Source: an uncultured Anaerolineales bacterium (lineage in GTDB: Bacteria; Chloroflexota; Anaerolineae; Epilineales; JAANWY01). From it: 64,000 bases of DNA. Shown one piece after another: positions 28,069 to 37,300 of this stretch (position 1 is its first letter; each line of letters begins with the position of its first letter). The notes under the pieces are model-generated. The model was given only the letters and a program-made list of their open reading frames with translations, made no database searches and was not told the origin of the DNA. Location: assembly GCA_964532665.1 (NCBI GenBank), contig CAZHMV010000007.1:12132-76131 (forward strand), in the 5' to 3' direction. A program made the position numbers and the translations under genes.

Positions 28069-29472
28069 ATGGAAACACGAACTGAAAGAGACTCCCTGGG
28101 AGAGGTCGGCGTGCCGGCCCATGCCCTGTACGGCGCGCAGACACAGCGCGCGGTGGAGAATTTTCCCATCAGCGGCATTACCTTCCCGCGCGTGTTTATC
28201 CGCGCCCTGGGTTTGATCAAGTACGCGGCTGCTCGGGCCAATGAGGATCTGGGGCTGTTGGACGCGGAGGTGGCCGGCGCCATCCGGCAGGCTGCTCAGG
28301 AGGTCATCGACGGGCAGTTGGATGATCAGTTCCCTATCGACGTGTACCAGACCGGGTCGGGCACATCGACGAACATGAATGCCAACGAGGTGATCTCTAA
28401 CCGGGCAATCCAGATCCTGGGCGGAGAGGTGGGATCCAAGAAGCCAGTTCACCCCAACGACCACGTCAACAAGGGGCAGTCGTCCAACGACGTGATTCCC
28501 ACTGCCATCCACGTGTCTGCGTATCTGGGGGTGACGGAGGATCTGTTGCCGGCCCTGCGCCACCTGCGCGACATCTTGCTCCGACGGGCAGCAGAGTTCG
28601 ATGATGTGGTCAAGACGGGGCGGACCCACCTTATGGATGCCATGCCCATCCGACTCGGTCAGCAACTGTCGGGTCATGCGAGTCAGGTTGACCATGGTGT
28701 CCGCCGGATTGAGGCAACGCTGCCGCGCTTGGCGGAACTGGCCATTGGCGGCACGGCCGTTGGCACAGGCATTAACGCGCATCCGGAGTTCGGCGCTCGC
28801 GTGGCTGCCGCGTTGGTCGAGCTGACTGGATTGCCCTTCCGCGAGGCAGGCAACCACTTCGAGGCCCAGGCCGGCCAGGATGCTGCTGTCGAACTGAGCG
28901 GCCAACTCAAAACCGTCGCCGCCTCACTGATGAAGATTGCCAACGACTTCCGCTGGATGAACTCGGGTCCGCAGGCCGGCCTGGCCGAGATCACCTTGCC
29001 GGCCACTCAGCCAGGCTCGTCCATCATGCCGGGCAAGATCAACCCGGTCATCGCAGAGGCCGTGACGCTGGTCTGCGCCCAGGTCATCGGCAATGATGTG
29101 GCGATCACCATCGGCGGGCAGTCGGGTAATTTTGAACTCAACCTGATGCTGCCGCTCATCGCGCACAATCTGTTGCAGTCCATCACCGTCCTGGCCAACG
29201 CCAGCCGCGTGCTGGCCGACAAGGCGGTGGCCGGTTTCACGGTCAATCGTGAGCACATGGAGAACCTCGTCGAGAAGAATCCAATTCTGGTTACTGCTCT
29301 GGCTCCGCACATCGGCTACGATCTGGCAGCCCGGATCGCAAAGCAGGCCATGGCCGAGGGCCGGCGCGTCCGCGAAGTCGCGCGCAAGATGACCGACCTG
29401 ACGCCCGAGCAACTGGACGAGTACCTGGATGTTTATGCTATGACCCGGGGCGGCATTCCGGGTGAAGGTTAA
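28069..29472 (+). CDS. fumC: Class II fumarate hydratase (aspartase/fumarase superfamily)
   Basis: 467 aa; 'GSSIMPGKINPV' signature, 'SSNDVIPTAIH' closer to the fumarase than the aspartase consensus. Confidence 0.85.
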   Translation: METRTERDSLGEVGVPAHALYGAQTQRAVENFPISGITFPRVFIRALGLIKYAAARANEDLGLLDAEVAGAIRQAAQEVIDGQLDDQFPIDVYQTGSGTSTNMNANEVISNRAIQILGGEVGSKKPVHPNDHVNKGQSSNDVIPTAIHVSAYLGVTEDLLPALRHLRDILLRRAAEFDDVVKTGRTHLMDAMPIRLGQQLSGHASQVDHGVRRIEATLPRLAELAIGGTAVGTGINAHPEFGARVAAALVELTGLPFREAGNHFEAQAGQDAAVELSGQLKTVAASLMKIANDFRWMNSGPQAGLAEITLPATQPGSSIMPGKINPVIAEAVTLVCAQVIGNDVAITIGGQSGNFELNLMLPLIAHNLLQSITVLANASRVLADKAVAGFTVNREHMENLVEKNPILVTALAPHIGYDLAARIAKQAMAEGRRVREVARKMTDLTPEQLDEYLDVYAMTRGGIPGEG

Positions 29473-29476
29473 CTGC

Positions 29477-29578
29477 TCACCCTCCCGCAGGTTGCAACGA
29501 GCAGCGGTTTTGCCCCTCAAACAGGAACCGAGAGCAGCGATGCTTGGCCAGAGAGGGGCTAAACCTGCGGGAGGGTGA
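29477..29578. repeat. Family B element: 17-nt terminal inverted repeats TCACCCTCCCGCAGGTT / AACCTGCGGGAGGGTGA flanking a 68-nt unique core
   Basis: Read directly, 6 nt after the fumC stop. Related copies at 35490-35575 and 40120-40232 with unrelated cores. Confidence 0.8.
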
Positions 29579-29615
29579 ATGATTGCCTTTGTCATTAACA
29601 TAGTTGCTTATCTAA

Positions 29616-29644
29616 TTGACACTACCGGAACTTCTGTGTATAAT
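29616..29644 (+). promoter_or_regulatory. Consensus-matching sigma70 promoter TTGACA-N17-TATAAT for osmC-sodA
   Basis: ttgaca(29616-21) ctaccggaacttctgtg tataat(29639-44); AAAGGAG SD before osmC. Confidence 0.65.
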
Positions 29645-29700
29645 TGAGTTCGCTTTAGTGGTATTGGCGCCTCTGTTCATTAGAAAGGAGTTCCGTTGTA

Positions 29701-30141
29701 ATGGTGGAGATCAAGCGTAGTGGAGAAGGGAGATGGAATGGCGGTCTGCGTGGCGGGACCGGCCAGATCAGCAGCGCCAGTGGTGTTCTCAGCGACACGC
29801 CCTACAGCTTTGGCACGCGGTTTGAGGAGACTGCCGGCACGAACCCCGAAGAACTGATTGCGGCAGCCCACGCTGCTTGCTACAGCATGGCATTTGCAGC
29901 CACACTTGAGAGCAAAGGTTATCAGCCCCAGCAAATCCACACACGAGCCACCTGCTCGCTGACTCGTCAGGAAACGGGCGGCTTCAGGATCACGAAGATG
30001 CGCCTCGAAACGCGCGGGCGGTTAGAGGGCATTGACGAAACCACATTCAAACAGATCGCAGAAGAGGCCGAGGCCGGCTGTCCCGTATCGAACGCGCTGC
30101 GCGGCGGCCTGGAGATCGAGCTCGACGCCGCTCTGGCATAG
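29701..30141 (+). CDS. osmC: OsmC/Ohr family peroxiredoxin
   Basis: 146 aa; paired Cys blocks 'AAAHAACYSMAF' and 'EAGCPVSNAL' of OsmC. Confidence 0.85.
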   Translation: MVEIKRSGEGRWNGGLRGGTGQISSASGVLSDTPYSFGTRFEETAGTNPEELIAAAHAACYSMAFAATLESKGYQPQQIHTRATCSLTRQETGGFRITKMRLETRGRLEGIDETTFKQIAEEAEAGCPVSNALRGGLEIELDAALA

Positions 30142-30173
30142 CAGAGTGGACATAAGTGAAAGGAGATCACACA

Positions 30174-30785
30174 ATGGCTTATCAACTTCCCGACTTGCCG
30201 TATGCTTTTGATGCACTGGAACCGCATATTGACGCCCGGACGATGGAGATTCACCACGACCGGCACCATGCCGGCTATGTCGGAAAAGTGAACGCTGCGC
30301 TGGAGGGGCACCCAGCTCTGGCGGCTAAGAGTATCGAGAATGTTCTACGCGACATTAACAGTGTGCCAGAGAGTATTCGCACGGCGGTGCGGAACAACGG
30401 CGGTGGACATGCGAACCACTCATTGTTCTGGCAGGTCATGAGCCCCAGCGGTGGCGGACAGCCCAAGGGTGCCCTGGCGAATGCGATCAGTTCAGCCTTC
30501 GGCAGCTTCGACGCTTTTCGGGATGAGTTCACGAAGGCGGCGCTCGGACGCTTTGGCTCGGGTTGGGCCTGGCTCGTCGTCGGTGGTACCAATCTTTCTG
30601 TTATTTCCACGCCGAACCAGGATAGCCCTCTCATGGATGGGCAGACACCGATTCTCGGCATTGATGTGTGGGAGCACGCCTATTACCTGAAGTATCAGAA
30701 CAAGCGCGGCGAGTACGTCAACGCCTGGTGGAACGTCGTCAACTGGCCCGAAGTCGCCCGGCGCTTTGAAGCGGCGCGCGGCTAG
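30174..30785 (+). CDS. sodA: Fe/Mn superoxide dismutase
   Basis: '[32 protein letters not shown]', '[11 protein letters not shown]', 'DVWEHAYYL' metal ligands. ATG 30174 with AAAGGAG 7 nt upstream (track GTG 30156). Confidence 0.9.
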   Translation: MAYQLPDLPYAFDALEPHIDARTMEIHHDRHHAGYVGKVNAALEGHPALAAKSIENVLRDINSVPESIRTAVRNNGGGHANHSLFWQVMSPSGGGQPKGALANAISSAFGSFDAFRDEFTKAALGRFGSGWAWLVVGGTNLSVISTPNQDSPLMDGQTPILGIDVWEHAYYLKYQNKRGEYVNAWWNVVNWPEVARRFEAARG

Positions 30786-30813
30786 CCTGTCATTCGTGAC
30801 TGATACGCCGACG

Positions 30814-30852
30814 GAGCGGGAGGAGTCCCAGAGGGGCCCTCCCGCTTTCTCG
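30814..30852 (+). terminator. Rho-independent terminator after sodA (GCGGGAGG..CCTCCCGC TTTCT)
   Basis: 8-bp GC stem, 14-nt loop, T-rich tail. Confidence 0.55.
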
Positions 30853-30857
30853 TGGTG

Positions 30858-30886
30858 CCCCTTCTGATTGACACCCTTGTAGGCGC
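30858..30886 (+). promoter_or_regulatory. Consensus-matching sigma70 promoter TTGACA-N17-TATAAT upstream of the GAF-GGDEF gene
   Basis: ttgaca(30858-63) cccttgtaggcgcatga tataat(30881-86). Confidence 0.65.
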
Positions 30887-30935
30887 ATGATATAATCTGT
30901 TTGCCTAGATTATCGTCCCCGGACCTGCCCCGGCC

Positions 30936-33497
30936 TTGAGCTTTACCGAGTCAGACGTCATGCCTGATTCAGCATCACCTGTTGACAACCATTTGGAAAA
31001 GCGGACTCGCGAACTCGAAGCCCTCAACGCTGTCGCAATGGCTGTGGGCCATTCTTTGGAACTGGACACGGTTATTCGCGAGGCCGTCGATCAGGTGTTG
31101 GCTGTAACTGGCGCTGACGGCTGTGCGGTGTATCTGCGGGAACCCCGATCAGGCGACCTGGTTCTTGCGACCGTAAAAGGCGTCTCCGACGACTTCGCTC
31201 AACATCCGGACATCAACCGCATTCCAGCCGGTGTCGGCTGGTGGGGCCAGATGGCCCGTCACGGCCGGCTGATCATTCTGGAAGACATCGGCGCGCTACG
31301 TCGTCCATCCCGTGAGGCGGTGATCGAAGAAGGGCTGCAATCCGCTGCCTACGTACCGCTGAAATCCAGAGAGCGGTTGAGTGGTGCGATCGTGATCGCC
31401 AGCCGGCGCCCCCGTAAGTTCTGTACCGTGGATCTGGAATTCCTGGCGGCCATTGGCGAACAGATTGGCGTGGCCGTGGAGAACGCACGTCTATACACTG
31501 CGGAACGAATGCGCGTGCGCCAGTTGGCACTCATCAACGAGGTAGCCCGGCGCATTGCAGACACGCTGGACGTGGATGCTGTTCTGGAGCGCGTTGTCAC
31601 GTCTCTTCAGGCGGACTTCGGCTACCAGGACGTGGCGACGTTGTTGCTGGATGTAACCGGCGAGGTGTTGGAACTGAAGGCCGTTGCCGGCGTATTCTGT
31701 AACATGAGCCCTGGGGAATACCGCCAGCCGGTCTCTGAAGGCATCATCGGGCGCTGTGCGCGCACTGGCCAGGTCGCCCTGTCTAATGATGTCACTCAGG
31801 ACCCTGACTACTTTCACGCGGTGAGCGGAGAGCCCCGTGGTTCGGAGTTATCTGCGCCGATCAAGGCGGCCGGCCGCGTGATGGGTGTGCTCGACGTCCA
31901 GAGTGATCGTACCAATGCCTTTGATGAGAACGATGTGGTTGTGATCCAGACACTGGCTGACCAACTGGGGGTTGCTCTGCAGAATGCGCATCTCTTCCGC
32001 CAGCAGGAACAGCAACTGACAAAGCTCCATACGTTGGACGAGATCGCCCGGACCGTCAGCAGCAGCCTCGATCTGGATGAGGCCCTTGATCGGATCCTGG
32101 TCGAGTTGAAACGCGTGGTTACGTACGATAGCGCTGCGGTGTGGCTGGTGGATGGGGATCGTCTCCAGGCACTCGCGGCGCGCAAGCACGGCACCCCTGC
32201 ACCCGACATGGAAGTCACCCTGCCCGTCAACGACCCGTTGTTTCAGGAGGGGCAGCGAACTGGCCAACCTGTGGTTCTGGTGGACGCCAGGGCAGACCCA
32301 CGATTCAAGGGCGTTGGGGGTACCGGTGATGTGGGCGGCTGGGTGCTTGCTCCCCTGATTGTTCGGGATCGGGTCATCGGATGCCTGACAGTGGACAGCC
32401 GCGAGGTCGGAGCCTACGACGCAGAGGATGCTCAGACCATCATGACCTTTGCGCAACATGCTGCCATCGTCCTGGAAAACGCACAGTTGTATGCGCGGAC
32501 GAAGCACCAGTTGGAAGCTCTGGCAGCGATCCACGAAATCTCCATAGATTTGCTGGGTCGGCGCAGGATTGAGGATGTGTTGGAAGACATCGTTCGCCGG
32601 GCGTCTGATCTAATTGGTGCTTCTGGTGCCGGAATCTACCTGTACGATCCGGTGACAAAGCAGCTTACCCTCACCGTCGCAGTGGGGCTGGCTGAAGGTT
32701 TCGTGGGCCCAGTCCACCTGGCGCTAGGTGAGGGACTCGCCGGCCGCGTCGTCCAGACGGGCGAACCGATTTGGGTTGATGACTACGCCGCGTGGGAAGG
32801 CCGATCTGCTCAGTACGCTGACGTACCCTTTCGGGCCTCCATCTCAGTGCCCCTGAAGTATGAGGGGCGGGTTCTGGGGGCGCTGTCCATGTCTGAAGGC
32901 AAGTCGGGGCGTACATTTAGTGAAGCGGATGCATGGCTCCTGACTTTGCTTGCCGGGCAGGCGGCCGTGGCGCTGGAGAATGCGCGGCTGTACGAGGAGC
33001 TTGAGAGATTGGCGACCCATGATGGTCTAACCGGCTTGTACAATCATCGCCACTTTCATGAGTTGTTGGAACGGGAGGTTGAGCGTGCTCAGCGCTATGG
33101 CCATCGATTGGCGCTGCTGATCATCGATGTGGATGGTTTCAAGGGCTACAATGATCGACATGGGCATGTAGCCGGTGATGAGGCCTTGCAAGGTATTGCA
33201 CAGCTTCTGAGACAGGGATGTCGGCGAGGGGACCTCATCGCGCGTTATGGCGGTGAGGAGTTTGCGATTATTTTGCCGGAGACACCTACTGAGGAGGCGG
33301 CGCGAGTTGCCGAGCGCATCCGTCGGATTGTGGAAAACCGCACGCGGAACGTGCCCTTTCTCTCGCCGTTGACCGTGAGTATCGGTGTAGCAGGCTACCT
33401 GGATCGTACCAGCAGTGCAGCGGAACTCCTGATTGCCGCCGACGGTATGATGTATCGGGCCAAGGCTCGGGGCAAGAACCAGGTGGTGAGAACCTAA
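30936..33497 (+). CDS. Multi-GAF-domain diguanylate cyclase (GGDEF)
   Basis: 853 aa; four GAF-like segments, then 'GLYNHRHF...RYGGEEFAIIL' GGDEF active site with RxxD-like I-site context. Confidence 0.85.
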   Translation: MSFTESDVMPDSASPVDNHLEKRTRELEALNAVAMAVGHSLELDTVIREAVDQVLAVTGADGCAVYLREPRSGDLVLATVKGVSDDFAQHPDINRIPAGVGWWGQMARHGRLIILEDIGALRRPSREAVIEEGLQSAAYVPLKSRERLSGAIVIASRRPRKFCTVDLEFLAAIGEQIGVAVENARLYTAERMRVRQLALINEVARRIADTLDVDAVLERVVTSLQADFGYQDVATLLLDVTGEVLELKAVAGVFCNMSPGEYRQPVSEGIIGRCARTGQVALSNDVTQDPDYFHAVSGEPRGSELSAPIKAAGRVMGVLDVQSDRTNAFDENDVVVIQTLADQLGVALQNAHLFRQQEQQLTKLHTLDEIARTVSSSLDLDEALDRILVELKRVVTYDSAAVWLVDGDRLQALAARKHGTPAPDMEVTLPVNDPLFQEGQRTGQPVVLVDARADPRFKGVGGTGDVGGWVLAPLIVRDRVIGCLTVDSREVGAYDAEDAQTIMTFAQHAAIVLENAQLYARTKHQLEALAAIHEISIDLLGRRRIEDVLEDIVRRASDLIGASGAGIYLYDPVTKQLTLTVAVGLAEGFVGPVHLALGEGLAGRVVQTGEPIWVDDYAAWEGRSAQYADVPFRASISVPLKYEGRVLGALSMSEGKSGRTFSEADAWLLTLLAGQAAVALENARLYEELERLATHDGLTGLYNHRHFHELLEREVERAQRYGHRLALLIIDVDGFKGYNDRHGHVAGDEALQGIAQLLRQGCRRGDLIARYGGEEFAIILPETPTEEAARVAERIRRIVENRTRNVPFLSPLTVSIGVAGYLDRTSSAAELLIAADGMMYRAKARGKNQVVRT

Positions 33498-33524
33498 AGG
33501 TTTCTGAAACCTTTAGGTTCTACG

Positions 33525-35378
33525 CTAGCGGTACGGCGCTAGCTCCCACCACACACGGATACTGGCTTCGCCGGTGGCCTCGAAGTAGTCCACACGTACC
33601 TCGTGGGAGCCGGCCGTGAGTTCCACGTCTCCCCGGTGAGTCACCGGGCCGGTCTCGTACCACTCGTCAATGACCAGCCGGCCATCCACCCAGACCCGCG
33701 CCCCATCGTCGTGCTCGGCGAAGAAACGATACGTGGCTGTCTCAAAGCCACGGCGGTCCGTCCAGCGGACAGAGAAGTTGTCGGGTCCGATGTCATCGGG
33801 GCTGCCCTTCTCCCAGTCGAAGTCGATGTCCGCATCATCGCGCACGAAGGCCGGCGCACCTGACAGCGACCGGTTGTCGTAATAGGCGCCACGCCAGCCG
33901 GCGTATGCGTCCAGGTTCTCCCACCATACGCGCACTTCGGCCTTGCCGCCGGCCTCGTAGTATTCAATGCGAATCTCTCGACCCCCGCTGGAAAGATAGA
34001 TGTCCGCTGTGTAGTCCGTTTCGCCGGTCGAGGTATGCCACTCATCAATGATCAATTGGCCGCCTATCCACACCCGCACGCCATCGTCGGCCCGCGCGTG
34101 GAATCGGTACGTGCCGGCATCGAACGATGCAGTTCGAGTCCAGCGCGCTGAGAAGTTGTCCGGAGGAATCTGAGGGGCCGGGCTACTATCGGCCCAGGCG
34201 AAGTTGACATCGAGGTCATTTCGAACGACTGCGGGCGCACCCGAGAGGGACCGGTTGGCATAATATGCGCCCCGCCAGTTCGGGTATCGGCCCAGGTAGT
34301 GCCATTGAAACCGGATCGTTGCGTTCCCGCCGGCATCGAAATACTCCACGCGAATCTCCGTCGGCCCGTCGAGAACCCGCTGGAAGCCATAGGACGTCGT
34401 TGAGGTGACTTTCCACTCATCCAGCACCAATTGACCATCGATGAATACCCGAACGCCATCATCGACTTCGATATCGAATTGATACCCGCCGGACGGGAAG
34501 TCGAACTGGCGGGTCCAACGCACGGAGAAGGCGTCGGCCGGCACATCCGCCGCCGGTGTGCCCTGTCCCCAGTCGAAATCGATCACGCTATCGTCACGAA
34601 CCTGTACCGGGTCTCCTTCAACGTTGGGATTGTCATAATACTCACCGCGCCAGCCCTGGAACGCGGGTGTGGGCGTCGCGGTCGGTGGTGACGTTGGGGT
34701 AGGGCTGGGAGGCAGTGGCGAGGCGGTCTCCGTTGGGTTTACCAGATACAGTCGGGTAACTGCACGACGCCGGCCATCGGCACTCTGGGCAATGATGACG
34801 GCATCCATGCTGGTCAGGTTGGACGGCACCGTCAGCGTTGCCGCGAAGGTGCCGTCCCCGCCTGCCGTCCCCGCCCTGCTTGTGATCTCGGCCTGCTGGA
34901 TTGTCGAACCGATTCCGAGGTCAATCTCTTCTGCCGGCTGCCAGCCGGTTCCGTGAACCTCGACGGATGCCCCGGGCTCGGCCACCTCCTGTACGACGCG
35001 GATGGACGGGCCGGTGCTGAGCGTTGTCGGTGAGGGGGTCGTGGCAGGCTGCGAGGTGGCGCTTGGGAGCGGTGTGGCCGGCCGGGGGCCAACGCTGGCC
35101 GGCGTGCGTGTACGTCGGTAGGCTTCCACCATGGCGGTCAGCGTGGCCCCCGGCGGCGGTGTCGGGAGGATCACCGTCGCGGTGGCTCCTGTGATTGTCG
35201 GTGCTGGCGGGACGGTCGGCGTCTGCTGTGTTCTGACTATCTGGCAACCCGCACTCATCAGCACGAGCAGGACCAGGGTCAGGGCGCGTAGAATAGGGGC
35301 CAAGGGATGGAAGCGGCAGAACGGAGAATGGAGAAAAGTGGCGTGCATGATGCGGGCCTCCTCTGCGGCGCAAGACAC
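33525..35378 (-). CDS. Secreted protein with four tandem PA14 domains and PT-rich linker
   Basis: 617 aa; signal/TM, then four repeats of 'GWRG(E/A)YY(D/A)N..L.G.P...R.D..IDF.W..GSP......FSVRWT...F..G.Y.F....DDG.RV.IDG.L(V/I)(L/I)DEW'. Confidence 0.75.
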   Translation of the reverse strand: MSCAAEEARIMHATFLHSPFCRFHPLAPILRALTLVLLVLMSAGCQIVRTQQTPTVPPAPTITGATATVILPTPPPGATLTAMVEAYRRTRTPASVGPRPATPLPSATSQPATTPSPTTLSTGPSIRVVQEVAEPGASVEVHGTGWQPAEEIDLGIGSTIQQAEITSRAGTAGGDGTFAATLTVPSNLTSMDAVIIAQSADGRRRAVTRLYLVNPTETASPLPPSPTPTSPPTATPTPAFQGWRGEYYDNPNVEGDPVQVRDDSVIDFDWGQGTPAADVPADAFSVRWTRQFDFPSGGYQFDIEVDDGVRVFIDGQLVLDEWKVTSTTSYGFQRVLDGPTEIRVEYFDAGGNATIRFQWHYLGRYPNWRGAYYANRSLSGAPAVVRNDLDVNFAWADSSPAPQIPPDNFSARWTRTASFDAGTYRFHARADDGVRVWIGGQLIIDEWHTSTGETDYTADIYLSSGGREIRIEYYEAGGKAEVRVWWENLDAYAGWRGAYYDNRSLSGAPAFVRDDADIDFDWEKGSPDDIGPDNFSVRWTDRRGFETATYRFFAEHDDGARVWVDGRLVIDEWYETGPVTHRGDVELTAGSHEVRVDYFEATGEASIRVWWELAPYR

Positions 35379-35489
35379 TGCAATTCCTTTCTCCTCTTTC
35401 CAGCCTTTTTTCGCCGAGGGTGCAGCGCTTCCCAGCGTGTTCGGCGACTTCGACGGTTTCTGTTATCAGTACTTGGGAGAACTCAACGC

Positions 35490-35575
35490 TAACCCTCCCG
35501 TAGGTTATCGATTAGACGTCAAGATCGGCTTGGAGCGTATGTTGCATAACATAATCAAAACCTGCGGGAGGGTGG
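35490..35575. repeat. Family B element (TAACCCTCCCGTAGGTT ... AACCTGCGGGAGGGTGG) with 53-nt unique core
   Basis: Read directly in the AT-richer gap upstream of the PA14 gene. Confidence 0.7.
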
Positions 35576-35707
35576 TCAAAAGAAATTCCCAAGTATTGAT
35601 TATACCATATCATCTTGATGCCAACAAAGAAGCCGGCCATTCAGCCGGCTCATACTCCATGTCTTGCCCACGACGGGGGCAGGTTATGACGCTCTCAGCG
35701 GCGGCAA

Positions 35708-36037
35708 CTATTCTTTTATCATGGTGTACAGGATCTGGTTGCCGGCAAAGAACTCAACATCGGCCACGCCGTAGCCTTCATTGAGAAGATCTGCCAGCGC
35801 TTGAGCGCAGTCGGTTCTCAAGCTGACCGAAGATGCTCCGGTGCTGCTACTGATACGTTCAACAGAAAGGCCATCCTGAAGGCGTCCCAACGGGATACAC
35901 GTGAAGATCACCGCTTTTGTGCTTCCCGGGTCCTCCGTCGATTGAGCGTAGATGTTATTCCCATGTCCTGTGCTGCTCACGAGCAAAACCAACACCACAA
36001 GGAGAACGGCCAGAAAAAGCCCACCAATCCTCTTCAC
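35708..36037 (-). CDS. Small secreted hypothetical protein
   Basis: 109 aa, N-terminal signal peptide LFLAVLLVVLVLLVSS. No recognisable domain. Confidence 0.4.
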   Translation of the reverse strand: MKRIGGLFLAVLLVVLVLLVSSTGHGNNIYAQSTEDPGSTKAVIFTCIPLGRLQDGLSVERISSSTGASSVSLRTDCAQALADLLNEGYGVADVEFFAGNQILYTMIKE

Positions 36038-36108
36038 TTCGCAACTCCTTCCCCGATTCGTAACGTAGCCCGGTCCTCGCCAACTAGGATGTCGCCAGGA
36101 TCACGATC

Positions 36109-37290
36109 TTACGTGGCAGGAGGGGGAGTGGCTGCGAGCGCATGTTCGCCACGATTCAGGTGCCAGGTCAGGTATCGGCTGATGATGCGGTCGCCGAGGA
36201 TCCAGCACAGGTGCAGGATTCGCCGGTGGTGGAAGGGGCCGTACGCCAGCCTGGCGAGGCGGGTTTTTAACGTGAGGTCGCGGCCGAGGTGGCTCTTCAG
36301 AATGCGCTGCCGGTAGCCGGCAAAGCTGAAGTCGCCGTGGGTGAAGGCGTGCGCTATCTCCTGAGCAGCCAGGCCGCCGTACATCAGGGCGTGGGAGATT
36401 CCCTCGCCGAAGAGGGGGTCCACGCCGGCCGCGTCGCCAACCAGCAGCACGCCTGGCACGGCGAAGGTTGTCTTCCGATCGAACCAGCGTTCGGGGTGTC
36501 CCTTCAGTTCGTAATCTGCCAGGTCGCGCTGGCGCATCTGGAGAGCCTGGTGGAGGGCTCGTCGCAGATTGCCGCGCAGGTTCGGGTGGACTCGAGAGTC
36601 GAAGATGCCGCGATTCATATACGCCTGGCCGTCGATAAGGCTGGGAAAGTCCCACACATATCCCTGGACTCCCTCGGGCACACAGTCGAAGTCGAGAATG
36701 GCCGTGTGCTCGACGAACGCCGGCGTGGTCTGCGGATCTTCTGGCGTCAGGATTTCCATCAGGCGCGAGATGCGGTTGGGCGGCTGATTCAGACCCATTT
36801 TCTGTCGAACCGTGCTGTTAGCGCCGTCAGCCGCGACGACCGCGCGGGCGCTGAGCGTTCCCTGGCCGGTTTCGACCTCCACGGCCCCGTTGTGCCGGCG
36901 CACGTCGATCACCCGCACGCCGTCGCACACCTGGAGTCCCCGCTGCCGGGCCACTTCAGCCAGCGCTGCATCAAACTCATCGCGCCGCACCACGCGAAAC
37001 AGGTTAGGTGATCGAATCGTGAAGGCGCGGCCGGCGTACTGGAAGCGCGCCGCGTGGATGGGCACCGATGGCACATCGATGTACACGTCCAGGCTTGCCA
37101 GGTAGGCATCTGCCGGCCGGGTAATGCCGCCGCCACACAGCTTCTCCCTGGGGTACGTCTCGCGTTCCAGGATCAGCGTGCGCTCAGCTAGCCGGCGGTC
37201 GAGTCGCTCCAGGCTCAGGCCGGTGGACAGGCCGGCCGGCCCGCCACCGACGATGATGATGTCGTAGTCGTTCGGCAGGTGTCTTTTCAC
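36109..37290 (-). CDS. FAD-dependent geranylgeranyl reductase family oxidoreductase
   Basis: 'YDIIIVGGGPAGLSTG' dinucleotide-binding motif, 'EKLCGGGI', 'LVGDAAGVDPLFGEGI' typical of GGR / digeranylgeranylglycerophospholipid reductase-like enzymes. Confidence 0.75.
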   Translation of the reverse strand: MKRHLPNDYDIIIVGGGPAGLSTGLSLERLDRRLAERTLILERETYPREKLCGGGITRPADAYLASLDVYIDVPSVPIHAARFQYAGRAFTIRSPNLFRVVRRDEFDAALAEVARQRGLQVCDGVRVIDVRRHNGAVEVETGQGTLSARAVVAADGANSTVRQKMGLNQPPNRISRLMEILTPEDPQTTPAFVEHTAILDFDCVPEGVQGYVWDFPSLIDGQAYMNRGIFDSRVHPNLRGNLRRALHQALQMRQRDLADYELKGHPERWFDRKTTFAVPGVLLVGDAAGVDPLFGEGISHALMYGGLAAQEIAHAFTHGDFSFAGYRQRILKSHLGRDLTLKTRLARLAYGPFHHRRILHLCWILGDRIISRYLTWHLNRGEHALAATPPPAT

Positions 37291-37300
37291 TGTCCATTTC

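Noticed and set aside
29477-29578. Interpreting Family B elements as integron attC sites
   Set aside because: Conserved inverted ends with a variable centre is reminiscent of attC. But the elements are only about 100 nt, carry no cassette ORF, lack the GTTRRRY core, and no intI-like integrase is present in the window.
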